Shown: piece by piece, positions 27,813 to 37,654 of the stretch
Position numbering within the stretch: position 1 is the stretch's first letter
Layout of the letters: each line of letters begins with the position of its first letter
Assembly (NCBI GenBank): GCA_013288385.1
Contig: JABDBZ010000003.1
Span: forward strand, 20,477 to 84,476
Length of the DNA stretch: 64,000 nt
Direction of reading: 5' to 3'
Source: Bacteroidota bacterium
Lineage (GTDB): Bacteria; Bacteroidota; Bacteroidia; B-17B0; Aurantibacillaceae
Position numbers and translations under genes: made by a program
Notes under the pieces: generated by a model
Told to the model about the DNA's origin: nothing
Database searches by the model: none
Seen by the model: the letters and a program-made list of their open reading frames with translations, nothing else

Positions 27813-29927
27813 TTAATTCTGTTTTATTTTTTCGCGATAAATTTTTACTGCTTCTGTAAACTGTTTTGCCTCATTAAAGTATGTTACAGCAAACTCTTTT
27901 GAAGGTTCATTTTGTTTGATTTGTAAAATCAATTCTTTAAATGATTTTATATTTGTAAATAATCCTGTTTCAATAAAATGTTTGTCAAAATCGCTTATTA
28001 ATGTATGATGCGTATTTACATGAACATTTGCATCCAACAACAAACCTTTCGCAGAATGAATAAAAGACGCGTAGCTATAATAAATACTGTCGCCAAATTG
28101 TCCGTTATCAAAAGCTTCAGCACTCCATGCTAATTTTTCGTCCGCTTCAAAAAACAAAGTTTGCACTAAATCAATAATTACACCAGCACACTCACCTACG
28201 CCAATTGCTGTTTGAAATTTCTCTTCCGAATCCCAATCAAAAAATTCGTTTTCCTGCAGGTTCGAATTGTCTCCAATTGGTTTCAATAATTGATAAAAAT
28301 AATCTTTGCCTTTTTTATCGTAATACGAATTAAAATATTCTCCTTCTTCTGCATTTTGTTCAAAGTCATCAAATAATTTTCTTAAAACATCAGGTGCTCT
28401 TTTGCTCGCAACTTTTATAATTTTATCAGAGATACGACCATTTCCATTTCCTAATGTTCCACCACCTAATAGTACTTGTAACGCCGGTACAACATTGGTC
28501 CCAACTTTAAAAGAGCTTCCATGAAAACCAATTTGAGCAAGACTATGTTGTCCGCAAGCATTCATACAACCGCTAATTTTTATTTTTATATCATGGTTAT
28601 AAATTAATTCAGGATACTCTGTATAAATTACTTTTTCCAATTCAACAGAAATATGTGTACTATTTGATATTGCCAAATTACAAGTATCGGTACCAGGACA
28701 AGCCGTAATATCTGCAACAGAATCAAAACCGGGTGTTGCCAGATTTAATTCTTTTAATTCATCAAACAAAAAAGGTAATTCTTCTGTAGCGACAAATTTT
28801 AATAGAAATCCTTGATTGATCGTAATTCTAATGTCTTCTGAGGAAGCATACAAGTCAACAATATTAGCTAGTTCTCTTGCTTTTTGAGAAGAAATATTTC
28901 CTAATTGCACTTTTAAATAAACACCATGAAACCCTTTTTGCTTTTGATTAAAAGTATTTGTCTTTAACCATTTGCTAAATTCGGCTGAATGAATGTATGG
29001 AAGTTCAGCCGATGCTTTTGACTTAAATTTAGAAACAAGCTCTGTTGAATCTCTATCAATTTTTACGATTTTATTTAAAAGCGCTTTTTCTTCTTCTTTC
29101 GTTAATTTTATAAATTCTTCAATTCCAATTTTATTGATCAAATATTTAAGACGCGCTTTATGTCTGCTTACTCTTTCACCATATCTATCAAAAACCCGAA
29201 TGGAAGCCTCAACAAATGGAATCAATTTATTCTCGGGTAAAAATTCAAAAGCTGTTTGAGCTAAAAAAGGTTGCGCTCCCAATCCACCACCAATAAGCAC
29301 TTTGAACCCACGTTTATTGTTTTCATTTAATCTTGGAATAAAACCAAAATCATGAATGTAAGTGAAAGCGGTATCGGTATCATTATTTGAAAATGCAATT
29401 TTAATTTTTCTTCCTAACTCTTGTCCGAATGGTTTACGCAAAAAATATTGAAACAATGCATTCGCATAAGGTGATACATCAAACAACTCATCCGTATCAA
29501 TACCGGCTTCCGGAGATGCAGTAATATTACGAACTGTGTTTCCACAAGCTTCGCGTAAAGTAATATCATCTTGCTCTAATTTCGCCCAAAGCTCCGGTGT
29601 TCTGTCTAAACTCACATGATGAATTTGAATATCCTGACGAGTAGTTAAGTGTAAATTTCCATTTGAATATTCATCGCTGATATCTGCAATACGTATTAAT
29701 TGCTTTGTGTTTATTTTTCCAAAAGGTAATTTAATACGAATCATTTGAACGCCTTGCTGACGTTGACCATAAACACCACGAGCTAAACGCAAACTACGAA
29801 ATTTATCTTCGTTAATTTTTCCTTCACGAAATTCATGGATCTTTTTCTCAAGATCAATAATGTCTTTTTCCACCAAAGCCTTGGTTGAGTGATTTATTAA
29901 TTCTATTTCGTTTCTAAAACTTTGCAT
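27813..29927 (-). CDS. Ferredoxin-type sulfite (nitrite/sulfite) reductase hemoprotein with C-terminal HEPN-like domain
   Basis: HLTTRQDIQ and CGNTVRN; siroheme/Fe-S ligands CPGTDTC and SGCMNAC; sulfate-operon context. Confidence 0.88.
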   Translation of the reverse strand: MQSFRNEIELINHSTKALVEKDIIDLEKKIHEFREGKINEDKFRSLRLARGVYGQRQQGVQMIRIKLPFGKINTKQLIRIADISDEYSNGNLHLTTRQDIQIHHVSLDRTPELWAKLEQDDITLREACGNTVRNITASPEAGIDTDELFDVSPYANALFQYFLRKPFGQELGRKIKIAFSNNDTDTAFTYIHDFGFIPRLNENNKRGFKVLIGGGLGAQPFLAQTAFEFLPENKLIPFVEASIRVFDRYGERVSRHKARLKYLINKIGIEEFIKLTKEEEKALLNKIVKIDRDSTELVSKFKSKASAELPYIHSAEFSKWLKTNTFNQKQKGFHGVYLKVQLGNISSQKARELANIVDLYASSEDIRITINQGFLLKFVATEELPFLFDELKELNLATPGFDSVADITACPGTDTCNLAISNSTHISVELEKVIYTEYPELIYNHDIKIKISGCMNACGQHSLAQIGFHGSSFKVGTNVVPALQVLLGGGTLGNGNGRISDKIIKVASKRAPDVLRKLFDDFEQNAEEGEYFNSYYDKKGKDYFYQLLKPIGDNSNLQENEFFDWDSEEKFQTAIGVGECAGVIIDLVQTLFFEADEKLAWSAEAFDNGQFGDSIYYSYASFIHSAKGLLLDANVHVNTHHTLISDFDKHFIETGLFTNIKSFKELILQIKQNEPSKEFAVTYFNEAKQFTEAVKIYREKIKQN

Positions 29928-29932
29928 GATAA

Positions 29933-30799
29933 TTATTTTGTGGCATTGTAAATTTTATACCATTCTTCATTTGAAAGATGAATGGAATAAGCGCTTGCTG
30001 CATTCAGAATTCTACTTTTTTCCGGGCTACCTATTATTGGTAATGCACCTAATTTATATAACCATGCAACGGCGGTTTGTTCAACGTTTGCACCATGTTT
30101 TTTCGCAATATCAGCTAACGCTCTTCGAACCTTAACTGATTTACTATCTTTCCCATTTAATATTTTTCCTCCCGCTAAAGGAGCCCAAGCCATTGGTTTG
30201 CTATATTGCTCTTTAATAAAATCTAATCTTCCATCATCAATTGCACTCGTATTTAAAACACTTAGTTCGATATGATTTGTAATAATTGGTTGAGTTAAAC
30301 GAGAAGCCAACAATCGGTGCTGAAATACATTAAAATTAGAAACTCCGATAAATTTTATTTTTCCATTTAAAATTAATTTTATAAGCGCAGAAGCGGTTTC
30401 CTCAGCTTGAATTAATGGATCAAAATGTTCTAAAAGAAAAATATCTATGTAATCTGTCTTTAATCTTTTGAGAGAATCATCAACTGATTTAATTAAATGC
30501 TCAGGACTTAAGTCATAAATTTTTTCTCTTCCTGCAGATTTAATACCTGCTTTTGTTGAGATAATGATTTCTTCTCTTTTAAAAGATTTATTTTTAATGG
30601 CTGTACCAAAAAGCTCCTCAATTTTCCCATCACCATACTGATTGCTATGGTCAAAAGTATTAACACCCAACTGAAGATTATAATTAATTATATCTTCTAC
30701 TTTTTTTGCGGAATTTAAAGCGGATGTGTTCCATCTCCAAAAACTATAAATTGCTGCAGATACTTCTGGTCCCGATTCGCTTATGTATACTTTTTCCAT
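29933..30799 (-). CDS. Aldo/keto reductase (YdhF-like)
   Basis: Motifs TFDHSNQYG, STKAG, SLKRLKTDYID, IGVSNF and AWAPLAGG. Confidence 0.88.
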   Translation of the reverse strand: MEKVYISESGPEVSAAIYSFWRWNTSALNSAKKVEDIINYNLQLGVNTFDHSNQYGDGKIEELFGTAIKNKSFKREEIIISTKAGIKSAGREKIYDLSPEHLIKSVDDSLKRLKTDYIDIFLLEHFDPLIQAEETASALIKLILNGKIKFIGVSNFNVFQHRLLASRLTQPIITNHIELSVLNTSAIDDGRLDFIKEQYSKPMAWAPLAGGKILNGKDSKSVKVRRALADIAKKHGANVEQTAVAWLYKLGALPIIGSPEKSRILNAASAYSIHLSNEEWYKIYNATK

Positions 30800-30824
30800 T
30801 TTAAAATTTGTAATCTTTATTGTT

Positions 30825-31460
30825 TTAAATATTTGGTTGTGGCGTTGTTCTCAAATACGATTTAATTTCTTTGAAACCTTTTGGGAATTTTGCAGGAATA
30901 TCTTCTGTTTTAATAGAAGGGATTACAACTACATCTTCACCATGTTTCCAATTTGCCGGTGTTGCCACACTATAATTGGCTGTTAATTGTAAAGAATCGA
31001 TAACTCTTAACAATTCATTAAAATTTCTTCCAGTTGAAGCAGGATAAGTAATAATGAGTTTTACTTTTTTATCAGGACCAATAACTACAACCGAACGAAC
31101 AGTGAATTTGTCGGAAGCATTTGGATGAACAAAATCATACAATTTAGAAACTTCAAAAATTGGATCAGCAATGATTGGGAAATTCACAGTTGTATTTTGT
31201 GTTTCATTAATATCTTTTATCCAATTTAAATGTGATTCCACCGGATCAACACTTAATGCAATCACTTTTACATTTCTTTTTTCAAACTCAGGTTTTAGTT
31301 TTGCTACTGTCCCTAATTCGGTTGTACAAACCGGAGTAAAATCTGCGGGATGGGAAAATAATATTCCCCAGCTATTTCCTAACCATTGATGAAAATTAAT
31401 TTTTCCTTCGCTCGACTCTGCTACAAAGTCCGGTGCGATATCTCCTAATCTAATTGACAT
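30825..31460 (-). CDS. 1-Cys peroxiredoxin (Prx6 / LsfA-like)
   Basis: Motifs FSHPADFTPVCTTE, YPASTGRNFNE and ATPANW. Confidence 0.93.
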   Translation of the reverse strand: MSIRLGDIAPDFVAESSEGKINFHQWLGNSWGILFSHPADFTPVCTTELGTVAKLKPEFEKRNVKVIALSVDPVESHLNWIKDINETQNTTVNFPIIADPIFEVSKLYDFVHPNASDKFTVRSVVVIGPDKKVKLIITYPASTGRNFNELLRVIDSLQLTANYSVATPANWKHGEDVVVIPSIKTEDIPAKFPKGFKEIKSYLRTTPQPNI

Positions 31461-31505
31461 AACTTTTGCTTTTATATTTGTTTATACTATTTTTTAGTTA
31501 ATCAT

Positions 31506-31543
31506 AAAAAAAGCCCTTCGCGTTTTGCGGAAGGGCTTTTTTT
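31506..31543 (-). terminator. Attenuator terminator upstream of the sulfur operon
   Basis: mRNA AAAAAAAGCCCUUCCGC-AAAAC-GCGAAGGGC-UUUUUUU, located between the leader peptide and the first gene. Confidence 0.88.
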
Positions 31544-31565
31544 AATTAAAATTTATAAAACCAGC

Positions 31566-31643
31566 TCATCCACAAAGTAATAAAGGCATCATGCAGCAGA
31601 TGCTACGTTTGCTTATTTCTCTATTTTGATTTGCTTTTTCCAT
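31566..31643 (-). CDS. Putative Cys/Met-sensing leader peptide 1: MEKANQNREISKRSICCMMPLLLCG
   Basis: Manual translation; TGC TGC ATG ATG run. Lies directly after a promoter-like element and before the terminator. Confidence 0.82.
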   Translation of the reverse strand: MEKANQNREISKRSICCMMPLLLCG

Positions 31644-31652
31644 TATTGAGTA

Positions 31653-31683
31653 CAAAGTAATAGTATCAGTTTTGATTATACAA
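31653..31683 (-). promoter_or_regulatory. Putative Bacteroidota sigma-A promoter of the sulfur operon
   Basis: Minus strand TTG-N20-TTACTTTG, near the TTG/TAnnTTTG consensus, ending ~10 nt before the leader ATG. Confidence 0.55.
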
Positions 31684-31708
31684 GCAAAAGTAAAACTATT
31701 TTCTATAT

Positions 31709-31729
31709 ATCCTATCGGTATAATAGGAT
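31709..31729. promoter_or_regulatory. Putative Rrf2 operator
   Basis: ATCCTAT-N7-ATAGGAT, the same geometry as the palindrome in the Rrf2 promoter. Confidence 0.55.
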
Positions 31730-31909
31730 TTTATGTTCCAAAACACTCATAAATACTAGAAAGTCTTTCTCTAAAATAGGTTCCTAAATCTTCTCTTTTT
31801 ACTTTTATTTTTAAATAAAAAGATGGTTTTTTGATAATAACTATTCTGATTAGTGAAAATATAGCCTCGTCTAAAGTCAATTTAATATTTCTTACATTAG
31901 ATACATCAA

Positions 31910-33256
31910 ATGACAACAACCAAACTTCCATTCCGAATAATGCTTGCCTATTCTTTTGGTATGATGGGATGGAGTGTACTTATTAATTTGATCAGCGTAA
32001 TACTCGTTTATTTATATCTCCCTCCTTCCAATAGTGGCTTACCTAATTTAATTACTCAAATCACTGTTTTCGGAATATTTAATGCTGTGGCTTTGATCAC
32101 GGCAAGTGGCAGACTAATTGATGCTGTGTATGATCCATTTATTGCGCAATTCAGCGACAAGAGCAATAATCCAAAAGGCAGACGAATACCTATCATGAAA
32201 CTGGCAATTATACCTTCTTTAGTTTTTTGCTTTCTTATTTTTTATCCTTTAAAACAAGAAGAAGACCCAATTAATGTAGTTTGGCTTGTAGTTACATTAA
32301 TTGGCTTTTATATTTCATCCACGAGTTATATTATTCCATATAATGCTTTGCTACCAGAATTAGCAAAGAGCTCAGACGATAAAGTAAAATTAGCCATGTG
32401 GCAATCGGTTGGATATGTTTTTGGAATTGGTATTTGCTCCAACGCATTTAATTTAGCAGAATGGCTGCAAACTAGTATGGGTGTATCTTCCAAAATTGCT
32501 GCCCTTCAATACACAGTTTTAATATTCGCAATTCTGGCAGGAATATTTATGCTCATCACTGCATTTTCAATCGACGAAAAAAAATATTGTACAAGCCAGC
32601 CCAGTTCCATTCCGCTCAAAATTGCCTTGCAACAAACTCTCTCCAATAAAAACTTCTTACTATTTGTAGTTGCAGATTTCAGTTATTTTATTTCTGTAAC
32701 TATCATCACTTCCGGTTTAATGTATTTTGTGACTGTTCTTTTAGGATTGCCGGAAAGTGTTGGCAATAAACTCATGATCACAATGGTTTTAGTTTCGTTT
32801 ATATTTTATCCGATAACTAATTATTTTGCAAAAAAAATTGGGAAGAAAAAAATTGTTCTGTTTTCTTTATGTTTACTCGCACTTGTTTTCTTGGGGATTT
32901 TTTTTCTGGGAAAACTTCAAATTCAATCTCAAGTGCAGATCTATGCACTCATTGCAATCGCGGCAATTCCTTTAGCGTCTTTAAATATTTTACCAAACGC
33001 TATTCTTGCTGAAATAATTGAAAAAGATAGTCATGATACTAAACAAAACAAAGAAGCAATTTATTTTGCAGTTCGTTATTTCTTCGTAAAAATTGCGCAG
33101 ACCTTTGGCATCGCTTTATTTGCTATGCTTCTTATTTACGGTAAAGATGTTGGGAATGATTTGGGAATTAGACTAAATGGTATTCTAGGATTTGTGCTTT
33201 GTTTACTAGCAGCATTGCTGTTTACAAAATTCAAGGAAAAGAATCCTAATAACTGA
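31910..33256 (+). CDS. MFS transporter, GPH (MelB-like) family
   Basis: DAVYDPFIAQFSD...GRRIP and PYNALLPEL; about 12 TM segments. Confidence 0.88.
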   Translation: MTTTKLPFRIMLAYSFGMMGWSVLINLISVILVYLYLPPSNSGLPNLITQITVFGIFNAVALITASGRLIDAVYDPFIAQFSDKSNNPKGRRIPIMKLAIIPSLVFCFLIFYPLKQEEDPINVVWLVVTLIGFYISSTSYIIPYNALLPELAKSSDDKVKLAMWQSVGYVFGIGICSNAFNLAEWLQTSMGVSSKIAALQYTVLIFAILAGIFMLITAFSIDEKKYCTSQPSSIPLKIALQQTLSNKNFLLFVVADFSYFISVTIITSGLMYFVTVLLGLPESVGNKLMITMVLVSFIFYPITNYFAKKIGKKKIVLFSLCLLALVFLGIFFLGKLQIQSQVQIYALIAIAAIPLASLNILPNAILAEIIEKDSHDTKQNKEAIYFAVRYFFVKIAQTFGIALFAMLLIYGKDVGNDLGIRLNGILGFVLCLLAALLFTKFKEKNPNN

Positions 33257-34484
33257 TATTATTTGGCCGTGTATAAACCAATTGCATTACGCTAATGTTT
33301 CTCATATTGAAAGCCGCTTCACAATAACACAAATAATAATTCCATTTTCTTACAAAGGTTGCATCAAAACCTAAACTACTAACTTTTGGTAAATTAGAAT
33401 TGAATTGATCTCTCCAAATAGAAAGTGTTTTTCCGTAATGCAAACCAAAGTCCTTTAGATCAATCATGGATAGATCGCCTGTATTATTAATAGCCTTATT
33501 AATTTCTGCAACAGAAGGTAGTAATGAACCTGGGAAAATATGTTTCTGAATCCAATCAACTCCATTTTTCAAACTTTCAAAACGTGAATCGGGACAAGTA
33601 ATTACCTGAAGTGCTAAAATTCCATCTCTCTTTAATAAATCATGACACTTTTTAAAATAGGTATCGTAAAACTTAGCGCCAACCGCTTCTAACATTTCTA
33701 TAGAAACAATTTTATCAAACTGACCTTTTAAATTTCTGTAATCCTGAATTAAAACATTTATCTTATCTGTTAGATTTTCTTTCACAACCAATTCTTTGGC
33801 CAGTTTATATTGTTCTTCTGATATAGTTACTGTAGTGACTTGGCAGCCATAATTCTTCGCCATGTATATTGCATTTCCTCCCCAACCGCTTCCTATTTCT
33901 AAAACATGATCGCTCGGCTTTAAATTTAATTGCTTGCAAAGTCTATCATACTTAGTAAGCTGCGCTTGTTCTAATGTCATTCCTTCTCTTTCAAAATAAG
34001 CGGAAGAATAAGTCATGGTTGAATCTAAGAAAGTTGCGAAAAAATCATTATTGAGATCATAATGTGCCGAAATATTTTTCTTGGACCCATTCAAACTATT
34101 TTCTCTTTTTGAATGATAGATTATATTGAGAAAATTTAAACTATTCAAAAAAAATGATTGCGCTGAACTACCGGAAACCATTGGCGCATTATCTACATTC
34201 AATAAAAACCATTTGATTACTTCCGTTATGTTCTCAGAATCCCAATCACCATCAACGTATGATTCGCCAAAGCCAATATCTCCGTATAATACACAACGTC
34301 TAAAAAATTCAGGGTTTCGAATTGCAATACTTGCTTTAATATCTCCTTCACCATTTCCCAACTCAACTAATTCGCCATTAGGAAGTGTAAGGTTTAACTT
34401 GCCGAGATGCATTTTTGAAAGTACGTTTAAAACTACTTTTTCATAAAATCCTCTTTTTGTATTTAAAGCAATGGTAGCCGACAT
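33246..34484 (-). CDS. cfa: Cyclopropane-fatty-acyl-phospholipid synthase family methyltransferase (UfaM-like)
   Basis: GDIGFGESYVDGDW, NISAHYDL.NDFF, MTYSSA, LEIGSGWG, SIEMLEAVG, IFPGSLLPS and YYLCYCEAAF. Confidence 0.88.
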   Translation of the reverse strand: MSATIALNTKRGFYEKVVLNVLSKMHLGKLNLTLPNGELVELGNGEGDIKASIAIRNPEFFRRCVLYGDIGFGESYVDGDWDSENITEVIKWFLLNVDNAPMVSGSSAQSFFLNSLNFLNIIYHSKRENSLNGSKKNISAHYDLNNDFFATFLDSTMTYSSAYFEREGMTLEQAQLTKYDRLCKQLNLKPSDHVLEIGSGWGGNAIYMAKNYGCQVTTVTISEEQYKLAKELVVKENLTDKINVLIQDYRNLKGQFDKIVSIEMLEAVGAKFYDTYFKKCHDLLKRDGILALQVITCPDSRFESLKNGVDWIQKHIFPGSLLPSVAEINKAINNTGDLSMIDLKDFGLHYGKTLSIWRDQFNSNLPKVSSLGFDATFVRKWNYYLCYCEAAFNMRNISVMQLVYTRPNNISY

Positions 34485-34544
34485 TCTATTCAACAAATAT
34501 TATTTACGAATATACAAAATAGACTTCCAATTGTGCAAATATCT

Positions 34545-35339
34545 TTATTCTTTATACTTATTAAATACATCCTTTTGCAAGGTTGGGTGTTCGGCTTTTT
34601 TATGAAAATGGATCTTCTTAGCCCATAATAACATGGCATTCCAGTGGATCAAGCCAATTATTCTTATCGTTAATAATGGGAAACGGATACTATACCAAAC
34701 TAAATTCAAATTTGTCAAGGCCCTTTTTGTTCCTGTTAGAGTACTAATAAAAAAACGCTTTTCATCTTTCAAATCATCAATCCTAATATTCAGTTTTTCA
34801 TTAGGAACATGTAAAACAAAATCGAAATTGGTATCATGATCTATAAATGGAGAAACATAAAAATACTTAGTTGTATTTAAACGGAATGCGCTATCTGTTA
34901 ATTGATCTTTTCCTAAAAAATAAGGTTTCATTTCCCGGAATGTATTACTTACCTCAGCAATGGAACATATAGGATTATTGGTTTTATCGAAACAAAAATA
35001 AAAAGAAACCGGATTAAAATTATAACCTAATATATTTAAGTTTGTCAAAAGCATTATTCTTCCAACAGATTCATTGATGCCATTTTGTTTTAAATAGTTT
35101 AAAATATGCTCCTTTGTACTCTTTGTCTGATCAGGCTTTTCAATGGGTAATTGCAAATGCTCTTTGTCTTTAAAACTAAAATAATTAAATCGGTTATGAC
35201 TAAATAAAACAAACTTATTTTTGAGTAGATCTAATTCATCCAAATCAATATAAAACATAAACACATTATAATGAAATTTGTGAGGCTTTGGCGCCAAACG
35301 ATTGTGCATTACAGTTGCTTTATATAAACAAGAATTCAT
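34545..35339 (-). CDS. DUF1365 family protein (UfaO-like)
   Basis: Motifs VMHNRLAP..HKFHY, GYNFNPVSFYFC, EVSNTF, KYFYVSPF and IHWNA. Confidence 0.88.
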   Translation of the reverse strand: MNSCLYKATVMHNRLAPKPHKFHYNVFMFYIDLDELDLLKNKFVLFSHNRFNYFSFKDKEHLQLPIEKPDQTKSTKEHILNYLKQNGINESVGRIMLLTNLNILGYNFNPVSFYFCFDKTNNPICSIAEVSNTFREMKPYFLGKDQLTDSAFRLNTTKYFYVSPFIDHDTNFDFVLHVPNEKLNIRIDDLKDEKRFFISTLTGTKRALTNLNLVWYSIRFPLLTIRIIGLIHWNAMLLWAKKIHFHKKAEHPTLQKDVFNKYKE

Positions 35340-36583
35340 TATAGTAATTTACACAATTCTACTGCGCTGGCATAAGCATCTTCGTGAAAGCCATATTTAA
35401 AATAACTTCCACAATAATAAACTGGTCCGCTTACATTTAACTGACTTAATTTTGATTGAGCCTTCATGGCTTCAATGTCAAACAAAGGATGTTCGTAATC
35501 AATTTCTTTTATGATTTTATTTGGCCGAATAGAGTTTTTAATTGCATTGATCGAAACAAAATAATTCCTTTTATCGGAAACACCTTGCAGACTATTCATC
35601 CAATAAATAGTACTCGGTAAAAGCTTTCCGTTTTTTTCTTCGATTCTATAATTCCAACTGCTCCACGTTTTTTTATTGTGCGGCATAACTGTTTCATCTG
35701 TATGCACAGTAGCAATATTTCTTTCGTATTTAAATGGCGATAATAATTCTTGTTCGAGTTCAGTTGGCTTATTTAGAAAAGTTAATGTTTGATTAGCGTG
35801 AGAAGCACAAATTACTTTATCGAAATCTTGAGAAGAACCATTTTCAAATTCCAAAATAACACCTTCTTTTTCTCGTTTTAATTTTATGATTTTCTTGTTG
35901 ATCTGGATTTTATTTCGAAATGGTTCTATTAATAATTCACGGTAAGATTGTGATCCATTTTGTAAAGTGTACCATTGATGTTGCGTATTTAATCCTAAAA
36001 AACCATGATTCTTAAAAAAGCGAATTAAAGTAATTACAGGGAAATCGAGCATCTTTTCCATAGGTGTACTCCACACTGCTGAACTCATTGGGATCAAATA
36101 TTTCCATAGCATGTCATCACCAAACCCAAACTCTTTAATAAACTGAGCCAAAGTATAATTCTGATATTTTGGATCATTCATTATAGCAACACTTATTTTA
36201 TTAAAACGAGAAATTTGAAATAGCATTTTTATATATTTCAAATTGAAAATATTTTTCCGTTGCGCAAATAAACCACTAATTCCTGATCCATTATATTCTA
36301 ACCCGGAAGGAACATGTTGAACACTAAATGACATGTCCGTTTTTTTAATTGGGGCTTTTATTTCTTTAAACAATTCGCATAAATAAGGATAAGTTTCAAA
36401 ATTAAAAACCATAAAACCGGTATCCATAAAAACCGGCTTTCCATCCTCATCAGCAGAAATTGTATTGGTATGTCCACCAATATAATCGTTCTGTTCAAAA
36501 AGAGTTATCTCGTATTTTTTATTGAGAAAATGTGCACAACCCATGCCGGCAACTCCAGTACCAATTATAGCCAGCTTTTGCAT
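35339..36583 (-). CDS. FAD-dependent oxidoreductase, amine-oxidase-like (UfaD-like)
   Basis: Motifs IIGTGVAG, GGHTNT, DTGFMVFN..TYP, WSSWNY and YGFHEDA. Confidence 0.88.
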   Translation of the reverse strand: MQKLAIIGTGVAGMGCAHFLNKKYEITLFEQNDYIGGHTNTISADEDGKPVFMDTGFMVFNFETYPYLCELFKEIKAPIKKTDMSFSVQHVPSGLEYNGSGISGLFAQRKNIFNLKYIKMLFQISRFNKISVAIMNDPKYQNYTLAQFIKEFGFGDDMLWKYLIPMSSAVWSTPMEKMLDFPVITLIRFFKNHGFLGLNTQHQWYTLQNGSQSYRELLIEPFRNKIQINKKIIKLKREKEGVILEFENGSSQDFDKVICASHANQTLTFLNKPTELEQELLSPFKYERNIATVHTDETVMPHNKKTWSSWNYRIEEKNGKLLPSTIYWMNSLQGVSDKRNYFVSINAIKNSIRPNKIIKEIDYEHPLFDIEAMKAQSKLSQLNVSGPVYYCGSYFKYGFHEDAYASAVELCKLL

Positions 36584-36584
36584 T

Positions 36585-37613
36585 TTATTTTTTATTAAAT
36601 AAGTAATGACTCACTATCCATTCTTCACCATTATTATATCCCCATAACTCGGCACAAGCCATATAAAAAATGCGCCAATAAACCCACCATTTTAATGCAT
36701 TTTCTTTTCCATATGCATTTTCAAACAGAGGCATGATATACTGTTTGTTTTTATCCATGTTTTGCAACCAGGCCTCTGATGTTTTACTATAATGCATTCC
36801 GCTCACATGCCAATGTTGATCAATATTTAAATGATCATTAAAATAAAGTAATAAATGATCGCTCGGCATAATTCCACCAGTAAAAAAATATTTACTCATC
36901 CAATCTGTTTCATCTTTTACTTCAAATTTATAAGCGTATTCTTTGTGCGTAAAAATATGTACAAATAATTTTCCATCGGGTTTTAAAACAGAAGCCACTT
37001 TTTGCATTAGCTTTTCATAATTACGCATGTGTTCGAACATTTCAACCGACACTACTCTATCGAAAATTTTATCAATAGAAAATGAATTTATATCAATTGT
37101 TATAACGGAAAGATTTTTGATCCCTCTCAATTGAGCTTGTTCGTCAATATAAATTTTTTGAGTCCGTGAGTTTGATACGACTGTGAAATTACTTTTCGGG
37201 TATTTAGCGGACATAAACAGGGATAAGGATCCCCAGCCACAACCTAATTCCAAAACATCTTGTCCATCTTTTAATTCAGCTCGTTCACATGTCAATTCTA
37301 ACATATCTTTTTCAGAAGTGTCAATATCTTTTACACCCGCTTTCCAAAAACCACTACTATATTTTAAGTGTTTTCCTAAACAGTATTTATAAAACTCAGT
37401 AGGTACTTCGTAATGTTGTTCATTCGCATCAATTGTATTTATTGCAATTGGTGAATTTTTTAACTCCGCAATTAAACTCATTAAATGCGCTTGTTGAAGT
37501 TCTGTATTATCCTTTTTTTCTTCTTGTAAACGTTGCTTTAATAATTTACGAATACCAATACGAATTAAACTATCAGGAATTTTATTTTGTTCTAATAATT
37601 TATCGTAAAACAT
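36585..37613 (-). CDS. Short Cfa-like SAM-dependent methyltransferase
   Basis: Motifs ANEQHYEVP, LKYSS, LELGCGWGSL, SVEMFEHMRN and FFTGGIMPS. Confidence 0.88.
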   Translation of the reverse strand: MFYDKLLEQNKIPDSLIRIGIRKLLKQRLQEEKKDNTELQQAHLMSLIAELKNSPIAINTIDANEQHYEVPTEFYKYCLGKHLKYSSGFWKAGVKDIDTSEKDMLELTCERAELKDGQDVLELGCGWGSLSLFMSAKYPKSNFTVVSNSRTQKIYIDEQAQLRGIKNLSVITIDINSFSIDKIFDRVVSVEMFEHMRNYEKLMQKVASVLKPDGKLFVHIFTHKEYAYKFEVKDETDWMSKYFFTGGIMPSDHLLLYFNDHLNIDQHWHVSGMHYSKTSEAWLQNMDKNKQYIMPLFENAYGKENALKWWVYWRIFYMACAELWGYNNGEEWIVSHYLFNKK

Positions 37614-37654
37614 ATTTACTTTATTGAATGTTTTGGAAATAATTTAGATTCAAA

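Noticed and set aside
31461-31909. SAM riboswitch or T-box ahead of the sulfur operon
   Set aside because: No SAM-I, SAM-II or T-box consensus was recognisable; the leader peptide and terminator explain the region.
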